The notes beneath the pieces were generated by a model, which ran no database searches, was not told the origin of the DNA, and saw nothing but the letters and a program-made list of their open reading frames with translations. 64,000 bases of DNA from a virus (lineage: Duplodnaviria > Caudoviricetes), in IMG/VR virus record IMGVR_UViG_3300028048_000066, positions 64,001 through 128,000 of that record. The stretch is one strand, 5' to 3'. Position 1 is the stretch's first letter. Each line of letters begins with the position of its first letter. Positions 9,893 through 19,143 of this stretch are shown piece after piece. The translations under genes and the position numbers were made by a program.

Positions 9893-11752
9893 ATGATAGA
9901 CCAAGAGCATAAAATCTTAATCATCGTGGAATCGCCAAATAAGGTGCAAACCATTAAATCTTTCTTGCCAAAGAACTATGTTGTAATGGCAAGTGTTGGG
10001 CATATTATGGAAATAAAGAATGGTGGTTCTTATTTTAATACTGGCATTGACCCTAAAAACAAATTTAAGACAGATTATGCAGTGTCACCAGAGAAGAAAG
10101 AGGTTGTAGATAAGTTAAAGGAACAATTAAAGAATTCAGATTTTGTTTATCTTGCAACCGACCCAGATAGAGAGGGTGAGGCAATTGCTTGGTCATTGAA
10201 AAAGTTCTTGAGCATACCAAAAACAAAGTATAAGAGAATAACTTTTCACGAAATTACCAAAAAAGCAGTATTAAAAGCACTGGAAAATCCGTCAGACATT
10301 GATGATGACCTTGTAAGTGCAGCACAGGCAAGACAAAAACTTGATAAATTGCTTGGATATAGACTTTCAAGCATCTCAAGAAAAGAAATCAATGCTAAAA
10401 GTGTTGGTAGATGTCAAAGTGCTGGTCTTAAACTCATTTGTGATAGAGAAAATGAGATATTAAACTTCAAACCTGAGACTTATTATGACTTATATCTTAA
10501 TTTTTCTAAGAGTGGTGAGGAATATAAGGCAAAATATGTTGGAACAAGAGAAAAGTTAGTAAAAAAACTTAAATCTAAAGATGAAGTTGCAAAAATTGTT
10601 GAAGATTGCAATAAATTGAATAAATATACAGTTGAAGACATTATAAGAAAGGAAAAATTAGAAAATCCTAAAGCACCATTCACAACAAGCACATTTCAAC
10701 AGGAAGTATCCAATAAATTGGGCATTGGTGTAAATGATGCGATGTCTTATGCACAAAAATTGTTTGAAGGTATTGAAGTAAACCATCAACACATCGCTTT
10801 AATCACCTATATTAGAACTGATAGCAATGAATTTGCACCAGAGTTCTTACCAATACTTGAAAACTATGTTAAAAAACACTTTGGATTAGAATACTATGCT
10901 CCAATGAGGAAGTATAAGAAGAGTGATTTAGCACAAGAAGGTCACGAAGCAATAAGACCAGTTGATTTAGATATGACTCCAAGTATGTTAAAGAATTTTG
11001 TTAAAGATGAAAAATTATTAAAGATTTATACAATCATATACAACAGAACAATAGCAACAATGATGGCAAGTGCTGTTAAGAGTGAAACAACATATTCAAT
11101 ATTCAATGGTGACCACAATTTCAATTTAGTTTCTACTGAATTAGTTTTTGATGGGTTCAAAAAGATTTACACATATAAGGAAGATGATGAAGAAGATGGT
11201 GTAACACTTGTAACATTTGATAAGGGTGAAACATTACAAAACACTAAATTGGATTGTGCAGAAAAACAAACAAAACCACCTGCGAGATATAAAGAATCAA
11301 CATTTGTAAATGTATTAGAATCTACTGGTATCGGTAGACCATCTACTTATGGAAAAATAATAAAAACATTATTAGACACAGAAAGGGGTTACTGTGAAAC
11401 AAAAGACAAGTGTATAGTACCAACAGAAAAGGGTATGGAATTATCAAAGTGGTTAGATAAATCATTCTCAAGTTTAATTAACATTGACTATACAAGTGAA
11501 TTAGAAAAAGATTTAGACCTTATTGCAAAAGGCAAATTAAATGACCAAAAGTTCTTAGAGGATTTCTATAACAATATGGAATCTTCAGTAAAAGAGATGA
11601 ACAAGACAAAAATGGTACAAGATAAAAAATATATAATAGGAGAAGTTAAATGCCCAATCTGTGGTAGTGATATGTATCTAAGGTCAGGCAAATTTGGAGA
11701 GTTTTGGGGATGTTCTCAATATCCAAGATGTACAGGAATAGTTAAAAAATAA
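9893..11752 (+). CDS. topA: DNA topoisomerase I (type IA) with a C-terminal zinc ribbon
   Basis: TOPRIM IVESPNK, SVGHI, ATDPDREGE; SVGRCQS; catalytic ITYIRTD; HEAIRP; GIGRPSTY; C-terminal CPIC...FWGCSQYPRC. Start moved to ATG 9893. Confidence 0.95.
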   Translation: MIDQEHKILIIVESPNKVQTIKSFLPKNYVVMASVGHIMEIKNGGSYFNTGIDPKNKFKTDYAVSPEKKEVVDKLKEQLKNSDFVYLATDPDREGEAIAWSLKKFLSIPKTKYKRITFHEITKKAVLKALENPSDIDDDLVSAAQARQKLDKLLGYRLSSISRKEINAKSVGRCQSAGLKLICDRENEILNFKPETYYDLYLNFSKSGEEYKAKYVGTREKLVKKLKSKDEVAKIVEDCNKLNKYTVEDIIRKEKLENPKAPFTTSTFQQEVSNKLGIGVNDAMSYAQKLFEGIEVNHQHIALITYIRTDSNEFAPEFLPILENYVKKHFGLEYYAPMRKYKKSDLAQEGHEAIRPVDLDMTPSMLKNFVKDEKLLKIYTIIYNRTIATMMASAVKSETTYSIFNGDHNFNLVSTELVFDGFKKIYTYKEDDEEDGVTLVTFDKGETLQNTKLDCAEKQTKPPARYKESTFVNVLESTGIGRPSTYGKIIKTLLDTERGYCETKDKCIVPTEKGMELSKWLDKSFSSLINIDYTSELEKDLDLIAKGKLNDQKFLEDFYNNMESSVKEMNKTKMVQDKKYIIGEVKCPICGSDMYLRSGKFGEFWGCSQYPRCTGIVKK

Positions 11753-11780
11753 AAATTTTCAAAAAAGTTTTAAAAAACAG

Positions 11781-11809
11781 TTGACAATTTAAGTTCAAAG
11801 TAGTATAAT
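11781..11809 (+). promoter_or_regulatory. sigma70/sigmaA-type (early) promoter
   Basis: TTGACA-17 nt-TATAAT with an upstream A tract. Confidence 0.85.
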
Positions 11810-11842
11810 GTAACCAGAATTAAATGAAAGGAGATTTAGTAT

Positions 11843-13403
11843 ATGGCGGAAAATACCTTATATGAACAATTGATTACAGAATTTACACAGGGATGTAAAG
11901 AAAGAGCAGAGTTTGCAAAACAAATTACATTTAACAACAACCCATCAGCATTAGTACTTGAATTAAGTAAAATATTAGGTTCTTATACAATAGGATTTAT
12001 TAGTGCCTGTAAGATTTTTGCTCGTCAAAAAATACTTACAGTAGAAGAGTTTAGTAATTTATGTGATGAAGTTAGTAGAATTTGGAATTGGGAATTAGCG
12101 AGAGCAAAAGAAGAAAGAGATAGCGAGGTTCAAAATGATGAGCAATAACGCAGTGGATTATATTTTTGAAAAAGAATTAAAATTAGCAGACCTCATAATG
12201 TCTTTATCTGATGATGTTGAGGGTTATGTATCAAATGACATCAAAGCAAACAATTTCTTCATAATTACTAGAGAGAAGAATGATGGAAGATATTACTTTG
12301 TTATACTTGAACCAACAAAGAAGCATATGAAGATTATTTACAATGAGTTCACAAAGTTCGCAAGATATTTTAACTTTATTGGTGAACCAGAAGTAGATGA
12401 CATATACGATATTACAAGTCTAACAAGTGCAGATACAATGGAAGAACTATACAAGAAATTTCTATTTGTATACAAGATGTTTAAATAGGGAGAAAATAAA
12501 TGAGATATAGTTTTTATTTTTTGATTATGCATATTGGTTTAATGCTTTTATGGTTAGTATGTATATTATCGTATGTGCTTAACTATGATGTTTGTGTACA
12601 ATATTATGGTTATGAGACAGTTGTTGTTTGTATAGTATTTAATTCAATATGTTTTATAGCAAATGGAGTAAGTGCAGCAACAAATATAATTTCAATTAAA
12701 AAGAATCAAATGTAAAGGAGATAGATATGAACAAATTTTTATATGTAGGTAAAAAGATTCAATTATATCCAGGTGATGAAGATTATAAAGAAGGCATCAT
12801 AGAAGATGTAGATGATTTAGGTTGGGTAATTAAGATTACAAAAGTTATCAATAGAACTTCTTTCAGATGTGGATATGTAGCAGGTGATACAATATTTATT
12901 AGTATTAGCACACCATTCAAGTTTAAATATCTTGATGACACAGATGAAACAGAATAAGGAGATTTATTATGGGTGACATTAAGGTGTGGTATTTTAATAA
13001 TGTGGTAATTGAAGATATTGACAAAGTAATTGAGAAAGGACTTTGGGAAAAGTGTAAGAAAACAATTCTTTCTGTAACTAATCTTACAAAGGTAGACAGA
13101 GAGTTTGTATCAGCACAAGATGCAGACGATGATTATTTTATAGATGATGTTAATATTGCCTGTAAAATAATTGCAGAGATGAGCATATAAATAGTTTACA
13201 AGTAAACTAATTTAGGAGATATTATGAGAGAAAGAGAAGATATAATAACAAAGATTATTGGAATATTCTTTATAGTGATGATAGTATTGTTAGCACTTGC
13301 TATGATAGGGATAGAGATTTACATTTGGGTAACCTATGCTAACACACCAGTAGAAGAACTTCCAAGTTGGGTATTATTCTTTATGTTTGGGGGTAAGAGA
13401 TGA
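11843..13403 (+). other. Run of small hypothetical genes: 11843..12148, 12135..12488, 12500..12715 (membrane), 12727..12957, 12969..13190, 13224..13403 (membrane, not in track)
   Basis: Each has an AGGAG/GAGG RBS; tightly packed; two have hydrophobic segments. Confidence 0.7.
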
Positions 13404-13651
13404 CAACACACATATTAAAAATTAAAAATGAATATTGGGCAGAAGTCTATGAAGGTGCAAAAACATTTGAGTTAAGAAAGAATGACAGAGATTTTAAGGT
13501 TGGAGATATTATACAATTCAAACTTGTAGATTCAGATATAGACATTAGTGAGTTCAAGTATAGAATCACATACATACTCAAAGATGTTCCAGAGTATGGA
13601 CTTGACAAAGATTACTGTATTTTAGCAATAAAGGAGATAATAAAAAAATGA
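13400..13651 (+). CDS. DUF3850 / ASCH (PUA-like) domain protein
   Basis: H.LKI...Y...V..G.KTFELRKNDRDFKVGD motif. Confidence 0.85.
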   Translation: MTTHILKIKNEYWAEVYEGAKTFELRKNDRDFKVGDIIQFKLVDSDIDISEFKYRITYILKDVPEYGLDKDYCILAIKEIIKK

Positions 13652-14228
13652 CAAGTGAACAAATATTAGAAGAATTAGAAAGAAAATATAACGAAGCAAT
13701 AGAAGAAGGAAGAAAAGCATTTTCGGAATGGTTTTATATGTCACCAGAAGAACTGAAAAGAGAAAAAGAAGTATGGAATGATGTAATGAGATTAAAAGGA
13801 CAAAGAGATGCTTATTTGTATATGATAGACTATATAAAACAAAAAGAAGGTGTAAAAAATAAGATAAAAACAAGTAAAGATTTCGTTGAGTTAGTAAACA
13901 AACTATTAGAAGAATCAAATTCACTAACAGAGATAAAACTACCTAATGGTTCAATATGTAGTACCGATGTAGGATATGTAGAATCATTTTGGCATCAATT
14001 ATTAGAAAGTTTAGATGATTGATGAATGGAAATAAGACAAGGAGAATAAAAATGGCAGATAGATTTAAGAATATAGAAGAAGTAGAAAATGAAAATGAAT
14101 GGGTAAGGGAAGTTATTGGGAATTTTATTTATGATTATTCTGATTACGATTGGGCTAATAATACTCAAATGCCTATGTTAGTAAAGTTAGCAAATTATTG
14201 GTATGAACTTGGAAGAAAGGGCGAATAA
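13648..14228 (+). other. Two small hypothetical genes: 13648..14022 and 14052..14228
   Basis: RBS-supported starts. Confidence 0.65.
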
Positions 14229-14254
14229 TAAAAAGATAGAGAAGGAGAAGGAAA

Positions 14255-14899
14255 ATGGAAAAGGAATATCAAAAAATTGGAAATGTATTTAAGTTTGATG
14301 AAAAGTTCAGAACAATCGTAGGATTAAATGAACCATTTGAAACACTAAAAAATATTATCTGGCAAGGCACAGAGAAAATTGATGGTACTAACATTAGAGT
14401 TCATTGGGATGGACACGATATAGAAATTGCAGGTCATACAGATAAAGCACAAATACCAACAAAACTAAAAGAATATTTAGAGAACTTATTTTTAACAAAA
14501 GAAATGGAATATGTCTTTGAACAAATCTTTGCAGAGAAAGAAGCATATATCTTTGGTGAAGGTTATGGTACTGGTATTCAAAAATATGGTGAAGATTATA
14601 TTGGAGATGGTAAAGTAGGTTTCATTATTTTTGATATTAACATTGGTGGGTTTGACTTAAAGAGGGAAAGTGTAGATGACATTGCTGGTAGATTAGGAAT
14701 ACCTTCTGTACCAGTAGTATTTGAAGGAACACTAGACCAAGCAAAAGAATATGTATTAGAACATCATATGTCAACTCTAAATAATGGTAAGCACGAAATG
14801 GAAGGTTTGGTATTAGTTCCAAAGGGTATTCAATTATATGATAGTAAAAGACATCTTATTAAATGTAAATGTAAATATAGAGATATTATAAAAGGATAA
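14255..14899 (+). CDS. RNA ligase (Rnl2-like nucleotidyltransferase)
   Basis: Motif I TEKIDGTN, FGEGYG, FDI, EGLVL, KCK. Confidence 0.85.
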   Translation: MEKEYQKIGNVFKFDEKFRTIVGLNEPFETLKNIIWQGTEKIDGTNIRVHWDGHDIEIAGHTDKAQIPTKLKEYLENLFLTKEMEYVFEQIFAEKEAYIFGEGYGTGIQKYGEDYIGDGKVGFIIFDINIGGFDLKRESVDDIAGRLGIPSVPVVFEGTLDQAKEYVLEHHMSTLNNGKHEMEGLVLVPKGIQLYDSKRHLIKCKCKYRDIIKG

Positions 14900-14917
14900 A
14901 GTAAAGGTGAAAAAAAA

Positions 14918-15456
14918 ATGAAAGCGTATAGAGTAGCATACAGAGACCACGATGATGGATATTATAAAATTACGGAAAATGGCGAAGAATATTATGATAG
15001 TGAAGAAAAAGTTCTTGCAAGTCATCCAGATGCTAAAATACAAGTCTATAAACCTTACATTACTGATAAGGGGAAGTATAGAAAAGAACTAATAGCAGGT
15101 GAAAAGGTGTGGCGTGGTTGGATATATGAAGAAATAGAAATAAAATAAGAATATAAGGATGGAGAAGTAATATGAAAAGAAATAAGATTAAGGTTTTAGA
15201 TAGAAAAGAGTTTTACGAGATGGAAGATAATTTTTGTGAATGGTACACAGAGTTTACATTAAGAGAAATAGAAGATAAAGACAAAAACAAAACATATGAT
15301 GTAAGAAAATATGCCTATTGGACAGACCAAGCAAATGAAAGTAAGTACTATGACTATAAATGCTTTAACACATTGGAAGAAGCAAGTACATTGTTTAGTA
15401 GCATAAAGAAAGAGAATGATAAGAGATTTAGAACAGAGTTTGACCCTTTATGGTAG
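14918..15456 (+). other. Two small hypothetical genes: 14918..15148 and 15172..15456
   Basis: RBS-supported. Confidence 0.65.
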
Positions 15457-15494
15457 TAAGGTTGAAAAAATCAGACAGTTTACAATTGAACTAA

Positions 15495-15509
15495 TGCTAA
15501 ATTAAGTGA
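15495..15509 (+). promoter_or_regulatory. Putative phage late promoter (TGCTAAATTAAGTGA)
   Basis: Intergenic copy of the repeated 15-nt motif. Confidence 0.65.
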
Positions 15510-15616
15510 AACATAAAAGGCAAGATATACACAAGGTTTAGAATACTAACACAAAGTCACCCAAAGAGATAGGACTCAAAGGGTGATTAAAACTATTAGG
15601 ATAGGAGATGAGAGAT

Positions 15617-16021
15617 ATGTCAAACCAAAAAGATTATGGATATTATTCCAAGAAGTTAAACAAACCTTTTGATTCTCTTGATGAGTTGAGAGAAGCAGAA
15701 GAGGAAGAAGAAAGAAAGGAAGCACTAAAGCAACAAGAGATTGAAGATAAGAAATCCCTTGCAAAGAAAGTTGAGGATTCTTATAAGTCCTATATTGAAG
15801 TTCTTAATGCAAGTAAGGAAGAACTCAAGAAGGTTCAAGAAGAATTGGACAAGAAGGTTTCAGACTCTTACAATGAGTATGTAGAAGCAAAGAATGAGTT
15901 TATAGATAAGTATGGTTCTTTCCATATGACCTATAAAGACAAAGAACCTAAAGTAGATACAAGTTATTCAAATCTTCCAAGTGTATTCTCAACTATATTT
16001 GAAGATTTCTTTAAGTTCTAA
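15617..16021 (+). CDS. Coiled-coil hypothetical phage protein in its own transcription unit
   Basis: AGGAG 9 nt before ATG 15617; YYSKKLNK...FIDKYGSFHMTY; bounded by the late motif and a terminator. Confidence 0.75.
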   Translation: MSNQKDYGYYSKKLNKPFDSLDELREAEEEEERKEALKQQEIEDKKSLAKKVEDSYKSYIEVLNASKEELKKVQEELDKKVSDSYNEYVEAKNEFIDKYGSFHMTYKDKEPKVDTSYSNLPSVFSTIFEDFFKF

Positions 16022-16055
16022 AATAAAGTAGCAAATCTAAATCTTGTATATATAG

Positions 16056-16088
16056 AAGTGGTGAAAATAAAAATTTCATCACTTTTTT
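16056..16088 (+). terminator. Intrinsic terminator
   Basis: AAGTGGTGAAA/TTTCATCACTT stem plus T tract. Confidence 0.8.
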
Positions 16089-16098
16089 ATTTTACCCA

Positions 16099-16127
16099 TT
16101 GAAATTATAAAAATATTGTGGTATAAT
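16099..16127 (+). promoter_or_regulatory. sigmaA-type promoter with extended -10
   Basis: TTGAAA-17 nt-TATAAT, TGn before the -10. Confidence 0.75.
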
Positions 16128-16133
16128 ATATGT

Positions 16134-16317
16134 GACAGGTGTGTGAGTAAAACCTCCGATTTTGTGTGATTATTATGTGATTATTAAATGGTAAGCATAA
16201 ACAAACTACTTACACACCCTTGCTTACCTCAACAATGAATAATAAATAAGACGGTTATAGTCATTTAAATGCTCCAGAGAAAAGGATACTTTGATTTAAT
16301 ATCAGGTGTCCTTTTTT
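16134..16317 (+). ncRNA. Candidate early small RNA (~185 nt) with pseudoknot potential and an anti-SD ACCTCC
   Basis: Promoter and terminator with no RBS-supported ORF between them; pairings 16138-16149/16207-16218 and 16190-16197/16221-16228. Confidence 0.55.
16280..16317 (+). terminator. Intrinsic terminator
   Basis: AAAAGGATAC...GTGTCCTTTT stem plus T tract. Confidence 0.75.
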
Positions 16318-16321
16318 CATA

Positions 16322-16336
16322 TGCTAAATTAAATGA
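16322..16336 (+). promoter_or_regulatory. Putative phage late promoter (TGCTAAATTAAATGA)
   Basis: Consensus motif directly after a terminator. Confidence 0.65.
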
Positions 16337-16440
16337 TTGAATGTTGATGGGGAAGTCCTTATCCTTTCAACTTCTTCATTTAACATACATATATAAAGGT
16401 TCTATCTATGTTGAGTAATCCATAGGTAGAACTTTTATTT
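16337..16440 (+). ncRNA. Candidate late small RNA (~100 nt)
   Basis: Late motif, a hairpin containing TCCTT/TCCTTTC, then a terminator at 16395-16440; no ORF. Confidence 0.45.
16395..16440 (+). terminator. Intrinsic terminator
   Basis: AAAGGTTCTATCTATG/CATAGGTAGAACTTTT 16-bp stem plus T tract. Confidence 0.8.
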
Positions 16441-16462
16441 TTAGAAACTTATTAAAAAGTGC

Positions 16463-16491
16463 TTGACATTTCTATTTAAAAGTAGTATAAT
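16463..16491 (+). promoter_or_regulatory. sigmaA-type promoter
   Basis: TTGACA-17 nt-TATAAT. Confidence 0.85.
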
Positions 16492-16520
16492 AGTATAAGA
16501 AATAGATAGTGAGGTGTACT

Positions 16521-17123
16521 ATGAATCAAAACGAGATTAGAGAAAAGTATTTGGATATGTTGAGTGCAAAATACAATGGAGTTGGCGATTTAGTATTCAG
16601 CGATTTTGATGATATTTTGAATTTAACAGAAGGATATGTAAATGCAGTTATTGATGTTAAATCTGCATTAGGTATTAAAGATAGAATTGATGTTGAATCT
16701 TTCTATAGAGATGCTAGAAAGTTTTTTGTGAGTAAACAAAAGCAATACTAGAGGTGAATTATGAACAAAGAAATTATTGAAGTAACAACTTATGAGCAAC
16801 TTGGAGAACTTTACGACCATAATGCAATGACTTGGGAAGGTCTTGTTGAAGAAGATTTTCAAGAAGCAATTGATAGGTGTGGTGATGAAGGTGCGAAAGG
16901 ATATTTAACGAAGGGAAAAGTTATGAACGAGATTTGTCATCTTGAAGGTAAATATGCTTATCCAGATGACTTGAATATTTTTTCAGTCTATCCATTTAAG
17001 GGCATTGCTTCTAACTATTGTGCGAGATGGATGGATAACATTATTGATGGTATTGCATATGATGTAGGAGACTACCACCCATTTTATTATCCAGCATCTG
17101 TTATTGAGGTTAGCAATGAGTGA
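16521..17123 (+). other. Two small hypothetical genes: 16521..16751 and 16761..17123
   Basis: GAGGTG RBSs. Confidence 0.7.
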
Positions 17124-17499
17124 TAAAGATATTGTAGAGAAATACGACAGACAATTAAAAGCAAGGATTATAGCAGTTGATTTTGACAATACTATAACCT
17201 TGCCTTGTCCTTATCCATACACAGGTGAGTTAAATAAGACAGCAAAGAAGTATTTAGACAAGTTGCACAATAAAGGTTATAGATTGGTTCTGTGGTCTGC
17301 TAGAATAGAAAAAGACTATGAGGAAGCATATAACTTATGTGTGAATGAATTTGGTATGCCTTATATTGAAAAAGACACAAATGATTTAGTTCACGGTGTA
17401 TCTGGAAAGTTAATAGCATCCTTCTATATTGATGACTTAGCACATCCAGGAAAACTTAACTGGAGAAAATTATACAAATATATTACAAAAAATATTTAA
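17116..17499 (+). CDS. HAD-superfamily phosphatase-like protein
   Basis: IAVDFDNTI (motif I), LWSAR (II), K...FYIDD (III/IV). Confidence 0.8.
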   Translation: MSDKDIVEKYDRQLKARIIAVDFDNTITLPCPYPYTGELNKTAKKYLDKLHNKGYRLVLWSARIEKDYEEAYNLCVNEFGMPYIEKDTNDLVHGVSGKLIASFYIDDLAHPGKLNWRKLYKYITKNI

Positions 17500-17505
17500 A
17501 ACACA

Positions 17506-17534
17506 TTGAATTTCTTTGGTTTTAATTGTATAAT
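17506..17534 (+). promoter_or_regulatory. sigmaA-type promoter
   Basis: TTGAAT-17 nt-TATAAT. Confidence 0.7.
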
Positions 17535-17565
17535 ATAGTATAAAAATAAATGGAAGGTAGATTAG

Positions 17566-17793
17566 ATGGTTAAGGTTGAAATAATTAACAATGGAGAAGG
17601 ACACCATAACAACATTACTTGTATATCCTGTATGTCACAAGATAATGAAATATCCTATGGGTTAAGAATTTTCAATCCGTATGGTGAGAGTAAGATTTTG
17701 TTGTGTAAAGAATGTTTAGACCAATTAAAAACAGAGTTGGAATTTTTAGAAGTTGTTAAAGAAGATTCAGAAGATTTAAATGAGGAAAAATAG
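17566..17793 (+). CDS. Small zinc-finger protein
   Basis: CISC...CKEC. Confidence 0.65.
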   Translation: MVKVEIINNGEGHHNNITCISCMSQDNEISYGLRIFNPYGESKILLCKECLDQLKTELEFLEVVKEDSEDLNEEK

Positions 17794-17796
17794 TCT

Positions 17797-18771
17797 ATGG
17801 CAAATTTAGTTGAAGCATTTGATAAACTTGGAAAGATTTATAATGATGGTGTGGAAGAGAATGATAATAAATATCCTTTCCTTCCAGAAGCATACAAGAC
17901 ATTAACAGAGAAGTTTGTAGCAAAAGTTGAAGATGAATTAAAAGTTCACATTATAGATTTAGAATATCTTGATGGGTATTATATTTTTGGTTATGGCACA
18001 AACTCTGTTATTCATTTTAGAATCAAAGAGTGTAAAGGTTGGAAGTTTGGTATTTGGTGGGATTATAATGAAGAAGAACACTTCAAATATAGTGGTGAAC
18101 TTTTTGCACAATATGAAAAAGCAATAGACAAGTTCAAACCAGAAGATTCAGAACTTGTTGAAAACATCCAAGTAAGTGAAGTAGAAAACTTTGAAAAGGA
18201 TAGTGCTTGGACTACAATGCCAATTAAGATGATTAAATATATCAAAGATTATCCTGCATTTGCTTTCTGCACTCATTGGTCTGGTTGGAGTGGTAAGTAT
18301 GATTATATGCCATATCGTAAAGCAAAGAAAGAATTAAAGTGGTTCAATAGAAGTGATTATCTTTGTGAGTTAGCAAACAAATGGTTGACTAATAGAGTTA
18401 TAAGATTTATTAAGTGGAACTTCTTAAGATACTTACCAAAGAAATGGGAGATTGTTGATAGAGGCGATGCTTGGTATCCTAGATATGAAATAGTGATGCC
18501 AATGAGTGCATTTGAAGATGCAACTGAAAAAGATTGTGGGATTTGGAGATTTGATGAGACAAATATTCCTAATGCTGAAAGAAAACTAAAGAGATTAAAG
18601 AAGTTTGATAAGTTAGAAAAAAAGTTAAGCAAGATGAAAATATTTAAGGGTGGTATGTCTTATATCAATGGTACAAGAAACATTAGGGCGTGTATAAATG
18701 TTTATAATGACAAAAAATTAAAAGAGATGGTAAAAACAAAATTAAAAGAGATGATAGAAGAGGAAGAATAA
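17797..18771 (+). CDS. Hypothetical protein, paralog of 4557..5492
   Basis: FRIKECKGWKFGIW, FAQYEKAIDKFKP, PRYEIVMP. Confidence 0.7.
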   Translation: MANLVEAFDKLGKIYNDGVEENDNKYPFLPEAYKTLTEKFVAKVEDELKVHIIDLEYLDGYYIFGYGTNSVIHFRIKECKGWKFGIWWDYNEEEHFKYSGELFAQYEKAIDKFKPEDSELVENIQVSEVENFEKDSAWTTMPIKMIKYIKDYPAFAFCTHWSGWSGKYDYMPYRKAKKELKWFNRSDYLCELANKWLTNRVIRFIKWNFLRYLPKKWEIVDRGDAWYPRYEIVMPMSAFEDATEKDCGIWRFDETNIPNAERKLKRLKKFDKLEKKLSKMKIFKGGMSYINGTRNIRACINVYNDKKLKEMVKTKLKEMIEEEE

Positions 18772-18772
18772 G

Positions 18773-19027
18773 ATGAAAGATTTGGTGAAAGGAAAGAGAA
18801 GAAGCAAAATTTATTTTAGACCAATTGTAGTCACCACAAACTTAGACGAGTTCAAAGACTTAACAGAAAGATACAGAAGATATAGAAGAGTGTTTCTAGT
18901 AAGTGAACATAGATATAATAGTTTCACAGGTGAGCAAGTTAAATATTCTTATTTGGAATTAAGGACTATCAATAAAGTATTTAGATATATGAGTTATACA
19001 TTACCACATTTTGAGGAATTCAATTAA
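18773..19027 (+). CDS. Basic hypothetical protein
   Basis: Contiguous with the upstream gene. Confidence 0.6.
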   Translation: MKDLVKGKRRSKIYFRPIVVTTNLDEFKDLTERYRRYRRVFLVSEHRYNSFTGEQVKYSYLELRTINKVFRYMSYTLPHFEEFN

Positions 19028-19143
19028 AGCGATGACTTCGTGTAATCGTATATATGCAAAAATAAGACGAGATTGAATAATGTGTCTACAATGTTTCTAA
19101 AATTCATTGTAGAGCATTTTAATAAGCGAGAGAGGTATAATAT

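Noticed and set aside
16090-16460. tRNA or tmRNA genes in the non-coding gap
   Set aside because: No TTCGA T-loop, cloverleaf or CCA end recognisable; I saw no tRNA anywhere in the window.
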